Below, piece by piece: positions 31,779 to 40,324 of a stretch of 52,276 nucleotides of DNA (position 1 is its first letter; every line of letters starts with the position of its first letter). The notes under the pieces were generated by a model. The model was not told the origin of the DNA and searched no databases. It worked only from the letters and a program-made list of their open reading frames with translations. Source of the DNA: an uncultured Gemmatimonadales bacterium. Its GTDB lineage: Bacteria > Gemmatimonadota > Gemmatimonadetes > Gemmatimonadales > GWC2-71-9. Made by a program: the position numbers and the translations under genes. The stretch covers positions 1 to 52,276 of the forward strand of contig CAWHFW010000007.1 in NCBI GenBank assembly GCA_963828735.1. Direction: 5' to 3'.

Positions 31779-31906
31779 AGGCGAAGCTCCCCCCTGGCTA
31801 ACGTGCAGGACCCCCGCACGCGACCATCCTGCACACGCGCAGCACTCGCTGCCCCGCCTCCTCCCCGAGCTACGGCCGCGTTCACTCGTATTCAAAGGAG
31901 CCTCGT

Positions 31907-33409
31907 ATGAGTCGCTCCATCAGCCTTCATTTCGTTGCCGCCTGCGCTCTGATCGCAACGGCCACGGCCTGCCGTTCCAAGGACTCAGCCATCGAGACCG
32001 CGAGCCGCGACAGCTCGGTGAGCGCCGAGCCTGGCAACGACGAGGTCTCCGTAACAACCGCGTCGGACGACGCGCGGGCGCTCTACATCCGCGGGCGTGC
32101 GCTGGCCGAGCAGCTGCGCGCACACGACGCAAGGCAGCTGTTCGAGCAGGCCGTCGCGAAGGACCCGACGTTCGCGTTGGCCCACTACAGCCTCGCGCTG
32201 AACTCGCCGACGCCCAAAGAGTTTCTCGAGCACCTGAAGGAAGCGGTGACGCTCTCGGCCAAGGCCTCGGACGGGGAGCGGCTGATGATCCTGTCGCTAC
32301 AGGCAGGGGCCACCGGCGACTCCAAGAAGTCGCTGGAGTACGTCCAGGAGCTGGTCGCCAAATATCCGCGCGACGTGCGCGCGCAGACGCTCCTGGGGGT
32401 CGCGTACTCGAACCAGCAGGAGTTCGACAAGGCCGTATCGCAGCTCACCAAGGCGACGGAGCTCGACTCGAGCTACGCCCCGGCGTACAACACCCTGGGA
32501 TATGCCTCCATGGGGCAAGAGAAGTACGCCGACGCGGAGACCGCGTTCAAGCGGTACATCGCGCTCGTACCGAACGACCCTAACCCCTACGACTCCTACG
32601 CCGAGATGCTGATGCGGTCGGGTCGGTTCGACGAGTCGATCGCGCAGTACCAGAAGGCGCTCGCGGTCGACCCGCACTTCAGCAGCTCGTACATCGGGAT
32701 CGCCAGCGACCTCATGTACCAGGGCAAGCACGATCCGGCGATGTCGCAGGCGCAGAAGCTTTTCGCCGCGGCTCGTGACGATGGGGACCGGCGCACCGCG
32801 ATCCTCACGCGGGCGGTGATCTCCGTCGATCGGGGCCGGACGGCGCAGGCGATGCAGGAGATGCAGAAGCTCTACGCCCTCGACGCCCGCATCGGCGACA
32901 CCGCGGCGATGAGCAACGACGCCGGCCAGATGGGCGACATCCTGCTCGGTGGCGGCCAGGCAGACGAGGCCGGCAAACGCTACCAGCAGTCGCTCACCCT
33001 GATCGAGGGCTCGGGTCTGTCCGCCGAAATCAAGGACTTTACTGGCTTGGCCGACCACTACAACCGGGCCCGCGTCGCGCTCGCCAAGGGAGACACGGCT
33101 ACGGCCGCGGCGGAGGCCCAGCAGTTCGCGAGCGGCGCCGAGGCGACACACGACGTCGGCCGCATCCGCCAGAGCCATGAGTTGGCGGGCATGGTCGCAC
33201 TCAGGGCGAAGGATTTCGGCAAGGCCATTGACGAGCTCGGGCAGGCGGACCAGCAGGACCCCTACGTCCTCTACACCCTGGCGATGGCCTATCAGGGCAA
33301 GGGCGACGCGGCCAAGGCCAAGGAGTTCGGCAAGCGGGCGGCGGATGCGCACATCCTGCCGACGATCAGGTACGCTCTGGTGCGGGCGAAGGCAATGAAG
33401 CTGGGGTGA
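31907..33409 (+). CDS. Tetratricopeptide-repeat lipoprotein
   Basis: ATAC lipobox; TPR motifs (KDPTFALAHY, AYNTLGY, PNDPNPYDSYAE). Confidence 0.9.
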   Translation: MSRSISLHFVAACALIATATACRSKDSAIETASRDSSVSAEPGNDEVSVTTASDDARALYIRGRALAEQLRAHDARQLFEQAVAKDPTFALAHYSLALNSPTPKEFLEHLKEAVTLSAKASDGERLMILSLQAGATGDSKKSLEYVQELVAKYPRDVRAQTLLGVAYSNQQEFDKAVSQLTKATELDSSYAPAYNTLGYASMGQEKYADAETAFKRYIALVPNDPNPYDSYAEMLMRSGRFDESIAQYQKALAVDPHFSSSYIGIASDLMYQGKHDPAMSQAQKLFAAARDDGDRRTAILTRAVISVDRGRTAQAMQEMQKLYALDARIGDTAAMSNDAGQMGDILLGGGQADEAGKRYQQSLTLIEGSGLSAEIKDFTGLADHYNRARVALAKGDTATAAAEAQQFASGAEATHDVGRIRQSHELAGMVALRAKDFGKAIDELGQADQQDPYVLYTLAMAYQGKGDAAKAKEFGKRAADAHILPTIRYALVRAKAMKLG

Positions 33410-33454
33410 CCCTCCACCCCATCCGGTCAAGAGGAAGGTGCATGCGGCCGGACT

Positions 33455-33570
33455 CGTGCGGGCGCCGGCGCGCGGCCAGCGATGACATGCCCTCGGGGGT
33501 CGCTGCAGCAAACTGCTACGCTCGCGTGGCGAGATCGGCGCACGGTGGCGGTTGCTGACGCGCCCTTCTG
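33455..33570 (+). repeat. Dual-hairpin element copy 7 (truncated type-B H1 only)
   Basis: GCCGGCGCGCGGCC...GACATGCCC...GCTACGCTCGCGTGG...GTGGCGGTTGCTGACGCGCCC. Confidence 0.85.
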
Positions 33571-33590
33571 CCGAGCACCCGCTGGCGGCG

Positions 33591-33690
33591 GAGCTTGACC
33601 GCCGCCAGGCCGCATGAGCAGGCGGTGACGCCCACGCCAGACCTCGCCCATCCCGCCCCCACCCCTCCGCCAGCCCTTCCCAGAGATACC
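33591..33690 (-). pseudogene. Remnant of a Ser/Thr kinase N-terminus
   Basis: GGGMGEVWRGRHRLLMRP then, after a frame change, AAVKL (subdomains I-II); nothing follows. Confidence 0.6.
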
Positions 33691-33796
33691 CTCCAGCCGT
33701 AAAGCGGAATCGCTGCGGTGATGCGGTTTCCCTCCTCTTCGTGCGTTCCTAATCAGCCAGCCCAGTCAAACAGGACCCGAAGAGGAGCAGACCCGC

Positions 33797-34483
33797 ATGC
33801 CGCGCACCCATCCTCCATGCCGTCGCGCCGCCGCGGTACGCACCCTCGCCTGCTTACTGTCGCTCCTCCTCATTCATTCGCGGGCAGCCGCGCAGTCCGA
33901 CGTCGCCTCATCGACCGCCCCCGCCCCGGTGTCCCCCGTCCCCACCCGGATCTGTCTGGCACCGGCGACGGTGGAGGCGGTCCCAGGCGGGTTCGACCCG
34001 GAGACTGCCGTGCGGGAGACGTTCACCAGCTTTCTCACCGGCCCGTCCCTGTCCGTCACCCCGCTCCAGGCCCGTCTCGTCTCGCAGGCGCGGGAGGAGG
34101 CGAAGCTCGCCGGCTGCGCCTTCCTTCTCTTCCCCACCATCAAGCACGAGCGGAAGACCGGTGGGGGCGGGTTCCTCGGGAAGGTCGTGGCGGGTGGGGT
34201 GCAGCAGGGCGCGTGGTCGGCGAGCGGGGCGGCCGGCGGAACCGTGGGACGCGCGGTAGCGAGCGCCGCGGCCGGCGCGGCGGCGGGCGCGGCCTCCGCC
34301 TACGCCGCGAATTCGCGGGTCAAGGACGAGCTAACCCTGAAGTACCGGCTGGAGTCGGCGGCCGGCAAGGTGCTGATCGAGAAGGCCGACAAGCGGAAAG
34401 CGAAGTCGGATGGCGAGGACCTGCTCACCCCGCTGGTGAGGCCCGCCGCGGAGGCGGTGGCTCAGGCGGCGGCACAGCCTTGA
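33797..34483 (+). CDS. Hypothetical exported protein with Gly/Ala-rich segment
   Basis: AGGAG RBS, signal peptide ending AAAQ, clean ORF. Confidence 0.75.
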   Translation: MPRTHPPCRRAAAVRTLACLLSLLLIHSRAAAQSDVASSTAPAPVSPVPTRICLAPATVEAVPGGFDPETAVRETFTSFLTGPSLSVTPLQARLVSQAREEAKLAGCAFLLFPTIKHERKTGGGGFLGKVVAGGVQQGAWSASGAAGGTVGRAVASAAAGAAAGAASAYAANSRVKDELTLKYRLESAAGKVLIEKADKRKAKSDGEDLLTPLVRPAAEAVAQAAAQP

Positions 34484-34497
34484 CGATGGAGGTCGCG

Positions 34498-36462
34498 ATG
34501 TCTCGAGTCCGATATGCACCGGCGTGGACCGGAGGGCTCCTGCTGCTGGCGCTCGCCGGCAGCACCGAGGCGCAGTACCCCCGTTCGTCGGGCCGCACCA
34601 CCAGCACGGTGGGCACACACTTCGGCGATACCGCGGCCACCGCTCCCGCGCCGGCCCCCGCAACCGGAGCGCTGCGCCAGCTGGTGTGCCGGGGAGCCGA
34701 GGGTCTCCAGATCGCCACCGTGGCGAACCCGAGCCCGCGCAGCGACAGGCAGGTGGCGGTGTCGCTGTCTTACCGGCGGAACCCGAGGCCGGCTGGCACG
34801 GCCTACGAGCAGCTCGAACCAGGGGCCTGCAGCTGGAACACCACCGGCGATCCCGGCCTCCCGGCCGAGCCGGGGATCGTGCACTTCGACCTGAACCCCC
34901 AGGGCGCGGAGTACATTCCCGACCCGGCAACGCTGACCCAGTGGCTGAACAATCCCCGGCACTACTGGAGCTTCTACGTCAACGACCTCACCAACGTGTC
35001 CATCAGCTTTGGGGCCTACGGCGCGACGTTCCGCACGCCGGCGCCGGGCGCCAATCCCACCACCTCCCGGCCCGCGGCGCAGCGCCGAGAGCAGCTTCGC
35101 TGCCGCGGCGGCGGCGGCGCGACCTTCACCCAGGGCAAGCGCAAGGGCCCCAACCTCTTCGCCATGACGCTCAGCTACAAGGCGGCTTCCACCGCTGCCG
35201 GACCGATCGGCAAGGGACTAGAGCCGGGAACCTGCGCCTGGGCCGACCGCACCGACGCCGTCGCGGAGCCGGGCCGGATCGAGTTCACCACCGCGCGCAA
35301 CGCGCAGCGCGAGCAGGAACAGACCGGCGGCGTGGTCGACAGCTCGGCGACCGCGGCGGAGCGCTGGCCCGACCTGCGAACCATCCCGGCCTACATGACG
35401 GACCCGGCGCACTTCTGGACCTTTAACGTGAGCCTGACGAATCCCGATTCCGCGTTGCGGCACGGGGCGTGGGTCCCGACCGCCCCCGCGGCGCCCGGTC
35501 CTCAGTCCCTGGGGCCGGTGGCGACCACGCCCGCCGCGGACGACCCGTACACTTCGTCGGGGCCCGCGGGGCAACGCACCACGGTGAGCCTTCCGGGCGG
35601 GAGCACAACCGGCGACCGCTACACCCCGGGATCAGCGTCCACGGGGTCGGATGTCGCCACTGCGACTCAGGCGCCGCTCAGGCTGACTGCCGTCAACACG
35701 ATACTGGATCGTTTCACCATCCAGTTCAGTGGGCGCCCGAACGCGACGCCGACCGTCCTCTACAGCAGCACTGAGAAGCCGGTCCGGGAGCCGAGCACCG
35801 GCCGCTGGTTCTTCCCGGAGGGTGTCGTACAGGGCAGCGGCGCCGTCGAAGGCGGGTTTCGGGCGGAGGTCTCCGGCGGCACGAGCCAGGGATTCAGGGC
35901 GGATTACGTCGCGTGGTCGCGCCTGACTCCCGCACGGGGGACGCTCTACCATTACATCATCACCATCCCGGCGGGCGTCGACGCGAAGGAAGAGCAGCTG
36001 ACGGGCGAGTTCACGACACTGGCCCAGTATGCACGGGTCGTGTTTACGCAAATCGGGGTTTCGTCCACCAGAAATGAAGACTTGAGCTTTCGCTTCTTTG
36101 CGGCGCCGGAAGGCTCAGATCCGGTCTCGCGGGACCTCGGTACCGGGCTTGAATGGAAGGAGGGCTACCACGTTCTCGAAGGCCAGGTGATCGAGCTTCC
36201 GAACGCGCCGGACCGGCTCCGCGTGCTGGTGTGGGGCGGTGATTTTGATGGAGTCTCCGGCCAGCAGTTGCTGCCCGAGTATGACTGGAACCTCCCGGGC
36301 AGGAACGGGTCGCCCTCTGACCAGAACATTGCGAGATACGAAGTCATGATCGGCACGTCTCCGACCGAGCGGTTTCTCACGTTCCCCTTCGTCATAGAAT
36401 CGGTCTCCGGGGGCAACTTGATGTTCACGGTCCACGGCCGCGTGGAGGTGACGCGCAAGTGA
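34498..36462 (+). CDS. Hypothetical secreted protein with a duplicated Cys/Trp domain
   Basis: GGAGG RBS, signal peptide ending TEA; two copies of LxCRG...LEPGxCxW...PG...F...HxWxFxV. Confidence 0.8.
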   Translation: MSRVRYAPAWTGGLLLLALAGSTEAQYPRSSGRTTSTVGTHFGDTAATAPAPAPATGALRQLVCRGAEGLQIATVANPSPRSDRQVAVSLSYRRNPRPAGTAYEQLEPGACSWNTTGDPGLPAEPGIVHFDLNPQGAEYIPDPATLTQWLNNPRHYWSFYVNDLTNVSISFGAYGATFRTPAPGANPTTSRPAAQRREQLRCRGGGGATFTQGKRKGPNLFAMTLSYKAASTAAGPIGKGLEPGTCAWADRTDAVAEPGRIEFTTARNAQREQEQTGGVVDSSATAAERWPDLRTIPAYMTDPAHFWTFNVSLTNPDSALRHGAWVPTAPAAPGPQSLGPVATTPAADDPYTSSGPAGQRTTVSLPGGSTTGDRYTPGSASTGSDVATATQAPLRLTAVNTILDRFTIQFSGRPNATPTVLYSSTEKPVREPSTGRWFFPEGVVQGSGAVEGGFRAEVSGGTSQGFRADYVAWSRLTPARGTLYHYIITIPAGVDAKEEQLTGEFTTLAQYARVVFTQIGVSSTRNEDLSFRFFAAPEGSDPVSRDLGTGLEWKEGYHVLEGQVIELPNAPDRLRVLVWGGDFDGVSGQQLLPEYDWNLPGRNGSPSDQNIARYEVMIGTSPTERFLTFPFVIESVSGGNLMFTVHGRVEVTRK

Positions 36463-36525
36463 CGGTGCCGCCGCCCGCCCGTTGTATCCGTCAGCACGAC
36501 CGCCTGGTCGGCGTCGATCGCGTTA

Positions 36526-36860
36526 CGTGCCGGCACGCGGCCGGATGACATGCCCTCCGGGGTCGCTGCAGCAACCGCTACGCTCGCGTGGTAGGATCGG
36601 AGTGCTGTGGCGGTTGCTGACGCGCCCCTCCGGGCACGTCATCCGGCCGCGTGCCTGGGTACCGGGAAGGCGCGAGCGGGGATCCGCGTGGGCGCGTCTC
36701 CGTGTTCCGCGATGCTGGTGGCGCGGGCGCGTCGGGATGGCTCCCGCAGGGCGCGTCAGTAGCCGCCACTACCTCAACCTCTAGTAGCAGCCCCACGCAT
36801 GCGTGGCGGCTACTGCAGCGCCCGAAGGGAGCTATCCCGACGCGCCCGCGCCTGCGCCGG
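36526..36860 (+). repeat. Dual-hairpin element copy 8 (type-B H1 plus type-A H2)
   Basis: Both hairpins intact with compensatory changes; extended linker. Confidence 0.92.
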
Positions 36861-36882
36861 ACCGCCGCCGGTCGGCCCGGAC

Positions 36883-36929
36883 ACAAAAACAGGCGACCCG
36901 CACCCCCCCGAAGAGAGATGCGGGCCGCC
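36883..36929 (-). terminator. Intrinsic terminator on the minus strand
   Basis: GGCGGCCCGCAUCUCUC-UUCG-GGGGGGUGCGGGUCGCC-UGUUUUUG; G-U pairs let it fold fully only on the minus strand. Confidence 0.85.
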
Positions 36930-37203
36930 CTACGCACTGACTACCCGGAGTCGGGGAGTTGACTTCCCCGTTCTCCTTCCCTCGGCGACCGCATAACTGT
37001 GCGTTTACGGTGTAGCCTCGGGAGCTCCGGCTTCCATCCACGGACGGTTTGCGGCCGTCCGCTTCATCAGTGCGAGCGCTGCAGGTCGGCAGAATCGCGG
37101 ATCCACCTCCTGCATTGCACGTCGCGACGCCACTGCGACGTGAGCGAGACACGCGATTGGTCTCGCCAATTCGAGTCGAGAATGATCAGTTCTCAACTCG
37201 GAT
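36883..37203 (-). ncRNA. Candidate structured sRNA (~320 nt)
   Basis: Promoter upstream, at least six hairpins, terminator downstream, no convincing ORF. Confidence 0.55.
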
Positions 37204-37208
37204 GCGCC

Positions 37209-37237
37209 AACATAGGAAACCATTCTTCACCGCGCAA
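37209..37237 (-). promoter_or_regulatory. Sigma70-type promoter of the candidate sRNA
   Basis: TTGCGC-N17-TATGTT on the minus strand with an A-rich UP-like tract upstream. Confidence 0.6.
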
Positions 37238-37386
37238 GTAGCAGAATTTCTTTTCCCCACGCTTGCACATTGACCACATTTCCACAGCGAAAAATGCCGA
37301 CGCGCGCCGCGCGGGAGCCACTGTCGCGCCCTTGACTTCCCCCGCCGCGGAGCGATGCTGCGAGAGCCTACGCCCTGGGAGCCGCC

Positions 37387-40101
37387 GTGTTCCGCTACCG
37401 CCTCACGCCGATCTTGCTGGCCGCCTTCGTCCTGACGGTGTTCGTCCTGCCGGCGTTCTATGCGCTCATCACCGACTGGTGGTGGTTCCGCGAGATCGGG
37501 TACCAGGTCGTCTTCACCCGCGAGCTGTCCACCCGGGTGCTGCTCTTCCTGGCGGCGGGCGGGCTGACCGTCGGCGTGCTCTACCTGAATCTCCGGGCCG
37601 CGCAGCGCGGGCTCGTCCCCAACCCGGTCGTGCTCCGGCTCGCGCCGACGGCGCCGCACCTCAACCTCACGGCGGCGTTGCGGCGTCTGAGCCTGCCGGT
37701 GGCGCTCGTGCTGGGCCTGCTCGCCGGGCTGGCCGCCGCGTCAGGCTGGGAGCTCGTGCTCCGCGCCTTCTACGGCACCCCGTTCGGGATCGCGGATCCG
37801 ATCTTCTCGCGTGACATCGGCTTCTACGTCTTCACGCTGCCCGCGCTCTCGGCGGGGATGGGGTTCCTGACCGCGCTGAGCCGGCTCTGCCTCTTCCTGG
37901 TGATCGCGCTCTACTGGGTGCGCGGCGACGTCGTGCTGGGACCGCGCGGCCTGAGCATCGAGCCGGCGGCGGGCCTGCACCTGGCCATCCTACTGGCAGT
38001 GCTGTTCCTCCTGACCGCGCTCCGCCTGTGGATGGTGGAGATCCCCGGCCTCCTCTATTCGACCACCGGGCCGCTGGTCGGCGCCAGCTATACCGACCTG
38101 CACGCCGAGCTGCCCGCGCTCCGGGTGTCGGCGGTGCTCGCGGTGATCGTGGCGGTCGCCGTGCTGATCGGGGGTTTCCAGCGGCAGCTCGGCCTGTACG
38201 GGGTGCTGGCGATCGGAGCCTATGTGGTCGTGGCCGTCGTCGGCCGCGGCCTCTTCCCGCCGGCGATGCAGAAGCTCCTCGTGGCACCGACCGAGCTGAC
38301 GCGCGAGACGCCCTACCTCCGGTATCACATCCTCGCTACCCGCCGCGCCTGGGGGATCGACAGCGTGGAGACCCGCGAGCTCAACGGCGAGGCCGATCTG
38401 ACGCTGGCCGACATCCGGGCCAACGCGCCGACCATCGACAACGTGCGGCTGTGGGACCGGGACCCCCTGCTCCTGACCTTCGGGCAGCTGCAGGAGATCC
38501 GCACCTACTACGACTTCGTCAGCGTGGACGACGATCGGTACTGGATCGACGGGAAATACCGGCAGGTCCTGCTCTCGCCGCGGGAGCTCAATGCGGCGTC
38601 GCTCCCGACCCGGACCTTCATCAACGAGCACCTGACGTTCACCCACGGCATGGGGCTCACGCTCGGTCCGGTCAACCAGGTCACCAGCGAAGGCCTGCCC
38701 GTACTGTTCGTCAAGGACCTGCCGCCGGTCTCGACCGGGTCGCTCAAGATCACCCGGCCACAGATCTACTACGGCGAGCTGGCCAACGAGTACGTGTTCG
38801 TGCGGACCCGGCAGCGGGAGTTTGACCACCCGGAAGGCGAGACCAACGTCTACGCCCCCTACACCGGATCGGGCGGCGTCCGGGTCGGGAACCTTCTCCG
38901 CCGCATGCTGCTCGCCGCCCGGTTCGGCTCCTCGAAGATCCTGCTGTCGCAGGACATCACCAACGACAGCCGGGTGCTCTACTACCGCAACGTCAAGGAG
39001 CGCGCCGAGCGGGCGCTGCCGTTTCTTCGGTTCGACCGCGATCCCTATCTCGTGATCGCGGCGGACGGGAAGCTCGAGTGGATCCTCGATGCCTACACCA
39101 CTACGGATGGCTACCCGTACGCCGAGCCCATGCGGGACGGCACCAACTACATGCGCAACAGCGTCAAGCTCGTCATCGACGCCTACGACGGCTCGCTCAA
39201 GGCTTTCGTGAGCGCCCCGACCGATCCGCTGATCCGGACCTGGACGCGCATCTTCCCCGGGATCTTCGCTCCGCTGGACAGCATGCCGGCCGACCTGAGG
39301 GCACACATTCGCTACCCCGACGACCTCTACCGGGTTCAGACCGCCCTCTACACGACCTATCACATGGATGCGCCGGAGGACTTCTACCACCGGGAAGACC
39401 AGTGGCAGATCCCCACGGTCGCCGAGTCCTCGGCGACCGTGCCGTTCATGCGGCACATCGTCATGCGCCTGCCGGAGGAGGCGAAGGCCGAGTTCATCTA
39501 CATGGTGCCCTTCACGCCGCGCGGGAAGGACAACCTGGCGGCCTGGATGGTGGCCCGGAACGACGGGGCGGAGTACGGCAAGCTGCGGGTGTACCGACTG
39601 TCGCGGCAGAGCCTGGTGTACGGCCCGCAGCAGATCGAGAACCGGATCAACCAGGACACCGAGATCTCGCGCCAGCTCTCGCTGTGGGACCAGCGCGGCT
39701 CCACCGTGATCCGGGGCGACCTGCTGGTGATCCCGATCGAGAAATCGCTGATGTACGTGCAGCCGATCTACCTGCAGGCGGAGGGCGGGCGGATTCCGGA
39801 GCTCAAGCGGGTCGTGGTGGCGTATCAGAACCGGGTGGTGATGCAGGAGACGCTGGAGGGCGGGCTCACCGAGCTGTTCGGCGGCTCCTCTCAGCCGCGC
39901 CCGCAGCCTACTCCGGACCTCGGCGCTGCCGCGCCGCCCACGGACTCGGGCTTCCGGGCACTCGTCGCCGAGGCGAGCAAGCGGTACGAGGCGGCGCTCG
40001 AGGCGCAGCGGAACATCGACTGGGCTCGCTACGGGGAGGAGTTCAAGCGGCTGGGCGAGGTGCTCAAAAAGCTGCGCGACGGGGAGGCTGAGCGGCGGTA
40101 G
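37387..40101 (+). CDS. UPF0182 family membrane protein
   Basis: TDWWWF, DPIF..DIGFYVF, NVRLWD, QEIRTYYDF, FTHGMG, YMRNSVK, IPELKRV. Confidence 0.95.
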   Translation: MFRYRLTPILLAAFVLTVFVLPAFYALITDWWWFREIGYQVVFTRELSTRVLLFLAAGGLTVGVLYLNLRAAQRGLVPNPVVLRLAPTAPHLNLTAALRRLSLPVALVLGLLAGLAAASGWELVLRAFYGTPFGIADPIFSRDIGFYVFTLPALSAGMGFLTALSRLCLFLVIALYWVRGDVVLGPRGLSIEPAAGLHLAILLAVLFLLTALRLWMVEIPGLLYSTTGPLVGASYTDLHAELPALRVSAVLAVIVAVAVLIGGFQRQLGLYGVLAIGAYVVVAVVGRGLFPPAMQKLLVAPTELTRETPYLRYHILATRRAWGIDSVETRELNGEADLTLADIRANAPTIDNVRLWDRDPLLLTFGQLQEIRTYYDFVSVDDDRYWIDGKYRQVLLSPRELNAASLPTRTFINEHLTFTHGMGLTLGPVNQVTSEGLPVLFVKDLPPVSTGSLKITRPQIYYGELANEYVFVRTRQREFDHPEGETNVYAPYTGSGGVRVGNLLRRMLLAARFGSSKILLSQDITNDSRVLYYRNVKERAERALPFLRFDRDPYLVIAADGKLEWILDAYTTTDGYPYAEPMRDGTNYMRNSVKLVIDAYDGSLKAFVSAPTDPLIRTWTRIFPGIFAPLDSMPADLRAHIRYPDDLYRVQTALYTTYHMDAPEDFYHREDQWQIPTVAESSATVPFMRHIVMRLPEEAKAEFIYMVPFTPRGKDNLAAWMVARNDGAEYGKLRVYRLSRQSLVYGPQQIENRINQDTEISRQLSLWDQRGSTVIRGDLLVIPIEKSLMYVQPIYLQAEGGRIPELKRVVVAYQNRVVMQETLEGGLTELFGGSSQPRPQPTPDLGAAAPPTDSGFRALVAEASKRYEAALEAQRNIDWARYGEEFKRLGEVLKKLRDGEAERR

Positions 40102-40147
40102 CGGCGGTGAGCGGTAGCGGTGGTGAGCGGTAGCGGTGGTGAGCGGT
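40095..40147 (+). repeat. 16-bp tandem repeat (GCGGTAGCGGYGGTGA) x3.3
   Basis: Direct reading; first unit contains the UPF0182 stop codon. Confidence 0.85.
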
Positions 40148-40161
40148 CCCAGTGACGAGCG

Positions 40162-40324
40162 ATCGGTGGTACAGGTGACGGCACACGGCCGGCGATGATC
40201 GTGCCCGGAGGGGCGCGTCAGCAACCGCCACCGTACTCCGAACCAGCCAGCGAGCGTAGCGGTTGCTGCAGCGTCCCCGGAGGGCATGTCAGCGCCGGCC
40301 GCGCGCCTGGCTCCCGGGAAGGCG
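40162..40324 (+). repeat. Dual-hairpin element copy 9 (type-B H1 with inverted core)
   Basis: Head GGTACAGGTG and linker CCTGGCTCCCGGGAAGGCG in forward order; core is the reverse complement of the copy 6 core. Confidence 0.9.

Noticed and set aside
37030..37070. Hammerhead ribozyme (CUGAUGA plus stem on the minus strand)
   Set aside because: The required GAAA after stem II is missing
37252..37287. DnaA-box-like repeats suggesting oriC
   Set aside because: Matches have 1-3 mismatches, no dnaA/dnaN context; better explained as a divergent promoter region
16239..40324. Repeats as a CRISPR array
   Set aside because: Units are ~340 bp, separated by whole genes, the loops are homologous to each other, and there are no cas genes
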